From an uncultured Chloroflexia bacterium (GTDB lineage: Bacteria; Chloroflexota; Limnocylindria; Limnocylindrales; CSP1-4), in contig CAVYBU010000028.1 in the NCBI GenBank assembly GCA_963766735.1, positions 1-14,548 of the forward strand: a DNA stretch of 14,548 nucleotides. Direction: 5' to 3'. Below are positions 8,253-14,548 of the stretch, one piece after another (position 1 is the first letter of the stretch; each line of letters opens with the position of its first letter). Under the pieces are notes generated by a model. It saw nothing but the letters and a program-made list of their open reading frames with translations, ran no database searches and was not told the DNA's origin. A program made the position numbers and the translations under genes.

Positions 8253-9212
8253 ATGAGCACGACGGAGCTTCCACACTACCTCGGGAACTACCCACGAGAT
8301 CGTGAGCAGGGTTGGAGTGATGAACTCCAAGGGGTCACGCACGACGAGGCGAATTGGTATTTCACCCAGCGGACGACGTTGTGGCGGTTCCCCGTCACGC
8401 ACCCGCTCGGGGCAAGGGTGACGAAAGCCGACCCCGCCGGGGGCATCCTTCGGGCCGGTATACCTACACGACTCTCCGGACAGGGATATCGACACTTCGG
8501 GGACCTTGACCACTACCAAGGGCACCTGTTCGTCCCATTGGAGGGAAAGGCGCTCGTCTCTGCGTTTGGGCCGTGGCGTGCTCTCCCCCCGAGGATTTGC
8601 GCGTTCCGTGGCTTCGACCTTGCCTTCATCGCGGAGGCAGATCTTGCGGCCACAGGGGCAATAGCCAAAGAGGAGGACCTGGGTGCACCATTGTCGAGTG
8701 CGCCTTGGTGTGCCGTGGAGCCGAGGACCGGCGAGCTGTATATATCGAACTTCAACTCTGGCGGGTACCTATCGGTGTTTGTTATCGACCACGCCCGCCT
8801 AGCGCAGCGAGGGCAGCTGGATATCCATTTCCTGAGAACGATGCGTTTGTCGGATGCGTCGGGCCGGACGGTTTCGGTGAATCAATTACAAGGCGGGACG
8901 TTTGGTGAGGACGGGAGGCTGTACTTGCTGAGTGGCTATGCCAGCGGCTCAAACAAAGATGGGGGTATCCGCATCTTTGATCCCCGAAGTGGGCGCTTGA
9001 TTGCGAAGTCCTCGGCATCGCGCATGCCGTTCAAATATGAGTATCATCCAGGCGCACCAAAGTATGAGGAGCCCGAGGGGCTCACGTGGTGGGACCTTGA
9101 CGATGGCCGCGCTCCGAAGATCTTGGGTCAGCTTCACGCGATCATGCTCGACAATGACCCAAACGACGATGATTTCTACTTCAAGCACTACCGCGTCGAG
9201 CATCGCAGATAG
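8253..9212 (+). CDS. Hypothetical protein, probable beta-propeller
   Basis: 319 aa ORF with a GAGAGG RBS. Recurring blade-like motifs LQGVTHD..WYF, HFGDLDHY.GHLFV, PWCAVEP.TGELYIS, LQGGTF..DGRLYL and EPEGLTW. Visibly more AT-rich than the flanks. Confidence 0.75.
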   Translation: MSTTELPHYLGNYPRDREQGWSDELQGVTHDEANWYFTQRTTLWRFPVTHPLGARVTKADPAGGILRAGIPTRLSGQGYRHFGDLDHYQGHLFVPLEGKALVSAFGPWRALPPRICAFRGFDLAFIAEADLAATGAIAKEEDLGAPLSSAPWCAVEPRTGELYISNFNSGGYLSVFVIDHARLAQRGQLDIHFLRTMRLSDASGRTVSVNQLQGGTFGEDGRLYLLSGYASGSNKDGGIRIFDPRSGRLIAKSSASRMPFKYEYHPGAPKYEEPEGLTWWDLDDGRAPKILGQLHAIMLDNDPNDDDFYFKHYRVEHRR

Positions 9213-9642
9213 CAGTGGCTCTATCGCCCGCCGCGTCACCGCGACCTCTGTCTCGAGCTCGCCGATCCGCGGCCGAGCGGCCGACAGCTCGGCGATCTCC
9301 GCGCTGGTGGGCCCGGCGATGAGGCCCTTGTCGATCGCCTCCTGACGGCGCCAGACGTAGATCGTCTGGTTGGGGATCCCCAGGTCGCGTGCGACCTCTG
9401 CCACGCTCTTGCCCGCGCCTAGCTGTCCGACCTACATAGGTTCCGAACGCGACTGATCGGAGCCTGACCGCCGAGGGCGCTGTGGGGTCGCCGCTCGTTG
9501 TAGTGGCTCAGCCAGTATCGCAGCGCCCTCTGGCGGTGGCGGTGGGAGAGGTAGAGCATCCCGTAGGCCCATTCGCGGGCCATCGTCTGGTGGAAGCGCT
9601 CCACCTTGCCGATGCTCCTATGGGCGTCAAGCCCATGCTGGT

Positions 9643-10692
9643 TCAACCGATCACGGGCGCCTCCAGGATCCGAAAGAGGCGCCGAGCGAGGTAGCGCACC
9701 AGGCAGCGCTTGATCTCCCGGGGGCTCTTGCCCTCGGCGGCGCGACGAGCGATGTAGTCGCGCGTCGGCGGGTGACCCGCGCGGATGCGGCACACGAGGA
9801 TCGTGTGCAGCGCGCGGTTGAGTTGGCGATCGCCACCGCGATTGAGCCTGTGGCGCACCACCATGCCCGAGGAGGCGGGAATCGGCGAGGCGCCCGCAAG
9901 CGCGGCGAACGCGGCCTCCGAGCGCAGTCGACCTGGATGCGACCAGGCCAGGAGAAGCCATGCCCCGGTGATCGGCCCAACGCCGGGCTCCTCCAGCAAC
10001 GCCGGTGGCGCCAGGAGCGTCACCAGCACGGCCATCCTCTTCTCGAGGCGATCCGCTTCGGCCTGAAGGGCAAGAACACGTCGTGCCAGGCTGCGCAGGG
10101 CCTCGGCGGTCGCTTGGCGCTCGAGGTCTTGGATGCGCGCAGGCCGCAGGCCCGCGCAGCGGCGAAGAAGGGCGAGCGGTGGTAGCCGGCGGAGCTCGGT
10201 GCGGAGCTCGTCATCGCAGGTCACGATCAGCGCCCTCAGCTGCTGCAGGGCCGGGCGGTGGGCCCGCATCGCTCCGTCGCGGGCGAGCATGAGCGTGCGC
10301 AATCCCTCGCGGGCGCCGCGAGCACGCGGGTCGGCCAGCCGTCGCACGAGCGCCTCCCGGGCGGCCCGCTCGGCATCTAGCTCGTCATCCTTGGCGCCGT
10401 TGCGCCGCGCCGGCCGTCGGGGCCGGTCGACCTCACCGACGTGCTCCCCGAGTGCTTGGAGGTAGGCAAGGAGTCCGGCGCCGTAGCTGCCCGAACTCTC
10501 GATCGCCCAGAGCCGTGGGCCGGGAGCAAGATCGCGCGCCGCCCGCAGGGCCGCGGCGTACCCACGCCGGTCGGCACCGATGCGCAGGGTGTGTCGCAGG
10601 CCGCCCTGGCGATCGAGTACCGCGATCGCATGCTGATCGCGATGAGTGTCGACGCCGATGACGTATTCGGCCTGATCGGCCATGATCTGCAT
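9643..10692 (-). CDS. IS110 transposase/bridge recombinase C (intact, 349 aa)
   Basis: Motifs GVDTHRD, AIESSGSYG, KDDELDA, PGVGP, PIPASSG, HRLNRGGDRQLNRALH and RCLVRYLAR. AGGAGA RBS. Confidence 0.95.
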   Translation of the reverse strand: MQIMADQAEYVIGVDTHRDQHAIAVLDRQGGLRHTLRIGADRRGYAAALRAARDLAPGPRLWAIESSGSYGAGLLAYLQALGEHVGEVDRPRRPARRNGAKDDELDAERAAREALVRRLADPRARGAREGLRTLMLARDGAMRAHRPALQQLRALIVTCDDELRTELRRLPPLALLRRCAGLRPARIQDLERQATAEALRSLARRVLALQAEADRLEKRMAVLVTLLAPPALLEEPGVGPITGAWLLLAWSHPGRLRSEAAFAALAGASPIPASSGMVVRHRLNRGGDRQLNRALHTILVCRIRAGHPPTRDYIARRAAEGKSPREIKRCLVRYLARRLFRILEAPVIG

Positions 10693-10699
10693 TGGGTCT

Positions 10700-10955
10700 C
10701 CTTTGCCGGGGGCCTTACGGTGGCCGGCCTGGACGGGAAACCGCGCGGGCAGGACTGTGATGGGTCACGCCGTGGAAGCGGCGGACAGGCTCCGGATCAG
10801 GCCAGCGTGCGGGCGCCAGGCCGGCGCCGACGACCACAGACAGACGAATCGGCAAGAAGGCCACCCCGCGTTGCGGAGCGCCAATTGGTGCGTGAGTCAT
10901 GTCCACGGCCATCGACGCCACCCTCGCAGCGGCCGTCCAGAGCCGCTGTGTCACC
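10700..10955 (-). ncRNA. Putative bridge RNA of IS110-C
   Basis: Guides ACCAA (10885-10889) and CTTGCCG (10850-10856) match the target ACCAACGGCAAG. GGAGC (10789-10793) and TCACAG (10755-10760) match the element ends. Confidence 0.75.
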
Positions 10956-12183
10956 CTCACAGTTGGTCTGGGGCCGGTAGGGACGCGTCACCAGGTGGCG
11001 CACGCCGCGCTCGGCGAGCAGATCTGCCAGGGAGCGGTTGCGGGTGTAGGCCCAGGCGCCGTCGCTCATGAGCCGGCGGGCACCCGATGCCGCGGCGCGC
11101 CGAACCAGGACAGGGCGCGCTCGACGAAGGCGGTGACGGTGCCCGCGCGCTCGTCGTCGTGCAGCTCGACGTAGGCCAGGCGTGAGTGGTCATCGACGAT
11201 GCAGTGGGCCTACTGGTAGCCCCAGCGCGCGTCCTTCTCGGCGCGGGTGCGATCGCGCACCCCGGTCAGGGCGTGGCCGGGGCGCTCGAAGCGGGCATAG
11301 CGCTTGGTGTCCATGTGCAGCAGGTCGCCCGGACAGGGCCACTCGTAGCGGCGCACCGGCTCACGCGCGGATCGTGCGGGCCGCGAGAAGCCATGGCGAT
11401 GGAGCACCTTCCAGACGCTCGAGTGCGCCAGCCCGAGCTCGCCCGCGATCAGGCGCGGGCCCCAGCCCGAGCGCCGGCGGGCCAGGACGATGCGGGCCTG
11501 GGCGAGCGGGCTCATCAGGCGCGGTTGTCGATGCGGGCGCGAGGAGCGATCGCAGAGGCAGGCGAGCCCCCGGCGCTCTGTCGACCGAGGCGGCCCTCCA
11601 GCGCGCGACCCACGCGAAGGCCGTTGACACGCTGCATCTGAAGGCGGCTGCCGCCTCCCTGAAGCTGTGGCCCTCGGCGTCGACGAAGAGCACCAGATCG
11701 AGACGGCCGCGCGCCGTGAAGCGGGCGTTAGGGTGCTGCATTCCGGACCTCCCGGAGGTCGTAGGCGTCAGACACCCACAGCCTCTCGGGAGGCCCGGAC
11801 TACTTCTCAGGCGTTCGGAACGTCTGTAGGCGGGTCACCTAGCAGGTCGAGCACCCTGCGACGGAACTCGGACGGGTACCTCTTTGGCATGGCTCTCTCC
11901 TTCGAGAGTCAGCGGCGCGAGCTTCCCAGTAGAGCGACTCCGCGAAGGCCAAGGAAGACCAGCGACGACTCCACGAAAGCCGCCTCTCTGCTTCTCCGAC
12001 TGTCGAAAGGCGTGGGAACGCCAGAACCTTGTACCCACCACGTCGCCATCGTGACAAGCGGCATACGCGGCGATATTCTCGCGCTGATGTGCAGAGCGTG
12101 TTTGGACGTCCCGTCGGCGCTCTGTGCGGTCAGTCCAGCCGCCACGGTGACGGCGGGTGTCGATCACATTTGGAGGTAGCACC

Positions 12184-12678
12184 ATGGACGCTGATGTCCG
12201 TCTCGACGGCAACACCGCGACGATCGAGGGTGACGTCGTCAAGACGACCGCCTTCGACGTGGTTATCGACGCTCCCTCGCGACGTCACGCCTCCGGCGGG
12301 AACCGCCGCGCTCTCGTCCACGACTTCAACGACGGCCTCACGCTCAACTGGGCTGGTGACTACCCCAACGGTGTCACGGTCGAGGGGTTCCGGCTCACCT
12401 GCCACCAGGCCGACATCGTCGTCGACTACGCAGCCCGACGGCGCAACTCCACCCCTTGGCGACGTGCAATCGTCCACGACTACAACGACGGCCTCACGCT
12501 CAACTGGGCGAATGACTATCCCGGGGGGGTCATGATCAACGGCACCGTGATAATCCCCGGATCGCTTCGGGTACCAAACTCCGGCGGCGCGGGGACCGTG
12601 GACGTCGCAGCCGAGCTGAACGCCCTGCGCACCCGCATCGCGCATCTCGAGGCGAGCGTCACCGCGCTGGGCGGGTGA
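12184..12678 (+). CDS. Hypothetical protein with two 52-aa repeats (RRALVHD..DGLTLNWA.DYP.GV) and a C-terminal coiled coil
   Basis: GGAGG RBS before ATG 12184 and GC-rich third codon positions. Internal repeat, and heptad tail VAAELNALRTRIAHLEASVTAL. Confidence 0.8.
   Translation: MDADVRLDGNTATIEGDVVKTTAFDVVIDAPSRRHASGGNRRALVHDFNDGLTLNWAGDYPNGVTVEGFRLTCHQADIVVDYAARRRNSTPWRRAIVHDYNDGLTLNWANDYPGGVMINGTVIIPGSLRVPNSGGAGTVDVAAELNALRTRIAHLEASVTALGG
12314..12509 (+). repeat. Intragenic direct repeat, 40 nt x2, period 156 nt
   Basis: TCGTCCACGACTWCAACGACGGCCTCACGCTCAACTGGGC at 12314-12353 and 12470-12509, with one mismatch. Confidence 0.9.
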
Positions 12679-12684
12679 CCGGCG

Positions 12685-13354
12685 ATGGTCTCGCTCCGTC
12701 AACGAGCGACGTGCATCGGCCTGGCGCCGTCACCGCTCTCAGTGCGGCACGGCCTGCTCGGGCAGCTGACCCGGCAAGTGCCGGTGTCACTGCTGACCGA
12801 GCTGAATCCGGCTCGGCAGGAAGCACGTCCACGTCAACTGCATCCAGGTCGGTTCCGACCAATTCACCTTCAACGATAGCGTCGAGATCGACCGTGCGAT
12901 GGCCAAGACCCGCGAGCTCTACGCCAACGCCGGCGTCGCGTTGGGGGTCGGTCGCATTGAGCACTTCGATATCGCGACAGCCCAGGCCGGCGGGCGCGAC
13001 GTCATCAACTCCGACGGCGAGGCCGAGGCGCTCACTGACGAATGGACCGTGCCGAATGACGCCCTCGACGTCTTCTTCGTGCGGATGTACGTGGGTTCGA
13101 CCGCTGGCCTGTCGAGGGTCGATGGACCGTGCGACAAGGACGCCAAGGGCATGGACGGTAGCGTGGTCGAGATGAACGCCGGCGGGGGCCTCTCCGACTT
13201 CGCGACCGCCCATGAGATGGGCCATTACCTCGGCCTTTCGCACGTCAACAACGCAAACCGACTGATGAACCCGTCGGTGCCGAACGGTGGGCAGATCACT
13301 ATAGGCGAAGCCAACGACATGCGGGACCACTGCCGCATGAAGAACGCGTGCTGA
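12685..13354 (+). CDS. Metzincin-type zinc metalloprotease (frameshift ~12808 joins ORFs 12685 and 12899)
   Basis: HEMGHYLGLSH (HExxHxxGxxH) plus the Met-turn RLMNP. The frame is open upstream of 12899 (RLGRKHVHVNCIQVGSDQF..). Confidence 0.85.
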
Positions 13355-13385
13355 GTGCGCGACGCGGGTCTCGAGGAGGAACGAC

Positions 13386-14440
13386 ATGTCCGTGAAGTTC
13401 GGCAAGACGGAAGACCGCACAGTGGAAGGTGCCCTGCGTGCGCTGGCCGGCGAGGCCACAACACTGAGTCTCGGCACAGCGATCGGCATCCTTGCCGACC
13501 ACGCCGCAGGCGACGCCGATCCGACCCAACGCACCAAGGCGACCCGGGGCCTGACCGAGACCCGGCCAAGCACGCAGATCCACAGGTCCGCGCAGGAGCC
13601 GCCTCGGCCCTCGGGACCGCGGGTTCAGCGGCCGCGCTCCGGGCACTTCGGTCGGTCGTTGACTCGACCGACGACGGGGAGCTTATGGCCGCCGCGGCGC
13701 AGGGCCTGGCCCGCAGCGGCACCAAGAGCGACATCGCTAGGATCCTGAAGGGATCGACGCGGACCGGTTGGGAGCCTGGGCAGCGACGCGCCCGCGCCGC
13801 CGCCCGGATACTGAGCCACCGGATCGGGGAGGCGCTCGACGCCACCGACGCGGCGGTTCGGCTCCCCGGCGAGGATGCAGGCGTCCTGCCGAGGCCTCGT
13901 CGGGGCGCCAAGATCCAGCCGGTTGACATCACCCAAGTCGTGGATCGGGTTCGGATCCGGCCCAGCGAGGCCCATCTGCTGCCCGAACGTGCCAAAGTCG
14001 TCGGCGCGTTCTCCTGCGGCCCGCGCCAGCACATCGTAATGGCCCCCACCAGACCGGCTGACCTCGAGCAGCTGGCAAAGGCGCCTGCGCTCGCGGCCAC
14101 GCTCATGGGCGTCAACGAGACGACCGGCGAGACATTCGTGCGGTGGGTCGTGCTCACGCGACCTGCTACCCCGGACGACGGACCCGGGCGCGGCGGTCCG
14201 GGTGATCTGGTCGTCACCGTCACCCGCGCAACCGGCGAGGTCGGATTCATCGGACGCGGCCGGCTCGAGGGCGGCGCCCTGCGGGTTGAAATCGCGAGCG
14301 TTGACGCCCCTGGGGCGAGCGCGCTTGACATGACCGGAACCCTCATTGCCGGTCAGATCACCATCGAGGGCGTGAGCGATCAACGCATCACGGTGCCCCG
14401 ATTGGTCCCGAGCGCCGCACCCGGCACCTCGACCGGTTGA
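13386..14440 (+). CDS. HEAT-like repeat protein with a beta-rich C-terminal domain (frameshift ~13555)
   Basis: GAGGAGG RBS before ATG 13386. After the shift it reads HADPQVRAGAASALG and DGELMAAAAQGLARSG, which are HEAT/PBS-like helices. Confidence 0.65.
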
Positions 14441-14548
14441 CCCCGCTGGTGGGTCATCCAGCGCTGCGCGGGCGATCGCAGCCGGCGCCGGGGTTCATAC
14501 GCCGAACATGTCGTTAGAGGGGGCAGCCGTCAACCCCGATGATCACCC

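Larger units (their letters stand above)
9612..10961 (-). mobile_element. IS110-family element C, apparently intact
   Basis: Removal restores IS481 codons CAG ACC AAC GGC AAG GTG. On the minus strand the right end is TTGACGCCCATAGGAGCAT and the left end is TGTGAGGGTGAC. Confidence 0.92.
9419..11741 (-). pseudogene. IS481 transposase (frameshifts, internal TAG at 11210-11212, split by IS110-C)
   Basis: Motifs MQHPNARFTARGR, DRSSRPHR, RYEWPCPGDLLHMDTK, VDDHSRLAYVE, MSDG, RPYRPQTN|GKVERFHQT and YNERRPHSALGG. Confidence 0.92.
9424..11837 (-). mobile_element. IS481-family element, interrupted by IS110-C
   Basis: 27-bp imperfect IRs TGTCCGACCTACATAGGTTCCGAACGC / TGACCCGCCTACAGACGTTCCGAACGC. 6-bp target duplication CCTAGC at 9418-9423 and 11838-11843. 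Confidence 0.92.
9213..11890 (-). pseudogene. IS3-family orfA (HTH) remnant, split by IS481; orfB absent
   Basis: 11838-11890 joined to 9213-9417 reads MPKRYPSEFRRRVLDLLGAGKSVAEVARDLGIPNQTIYVWRRQEAIDKG..ELETEVAVTRRA. AAGGAGAG RBS; possible TG left end near 11928. Confidence 0.85.

Noticed and set aside
12314-12509. 40-nt repeat pair as a mini CRISPR array
   Set aside because: Only two copies, a 116-nt gap, in frame within a coding repeat, and no cas genes.

Overview
High-GC, actinobacterial-type window that is mostly a nested pile-up of insertion sequences: three IS110 bridge-recombinase elements, IS1380, a degenerate ISL3, IS481 and an IS3 orfA remnant. The strongest sequence-level observation is that guide segments can be read in the non-coding ends of all three IS110s, and each element sits inside another mobile element. 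IS110-A carries perfect guides for CGCTC-CT-ATCAG, a site within the donor-binding loop of IS110-B's bridge RNA, and is inserted exactly there. IS110-C targets the codons of the conserved TNGK motif of an IS481 transposase. IS110-B appears to target an IS256-like terminus, with weaker support. Cargo between the ISs includes a compact putative RiPP locus (GCPSCFSG precursor plus a DUF692/MNIO enzyme fused to a DUF2063-like domain), a split CHAT-like pseudogene and a putative beta-propeller protein. It also includes a three-gene operon: a tandem-repeat coiled-coil protein, a metzincin protease and a HEAT-like protein. Many genes carry single-base frameshifts, which may be long-read errors. Family assignments come from motif recognition only; no database search was run.
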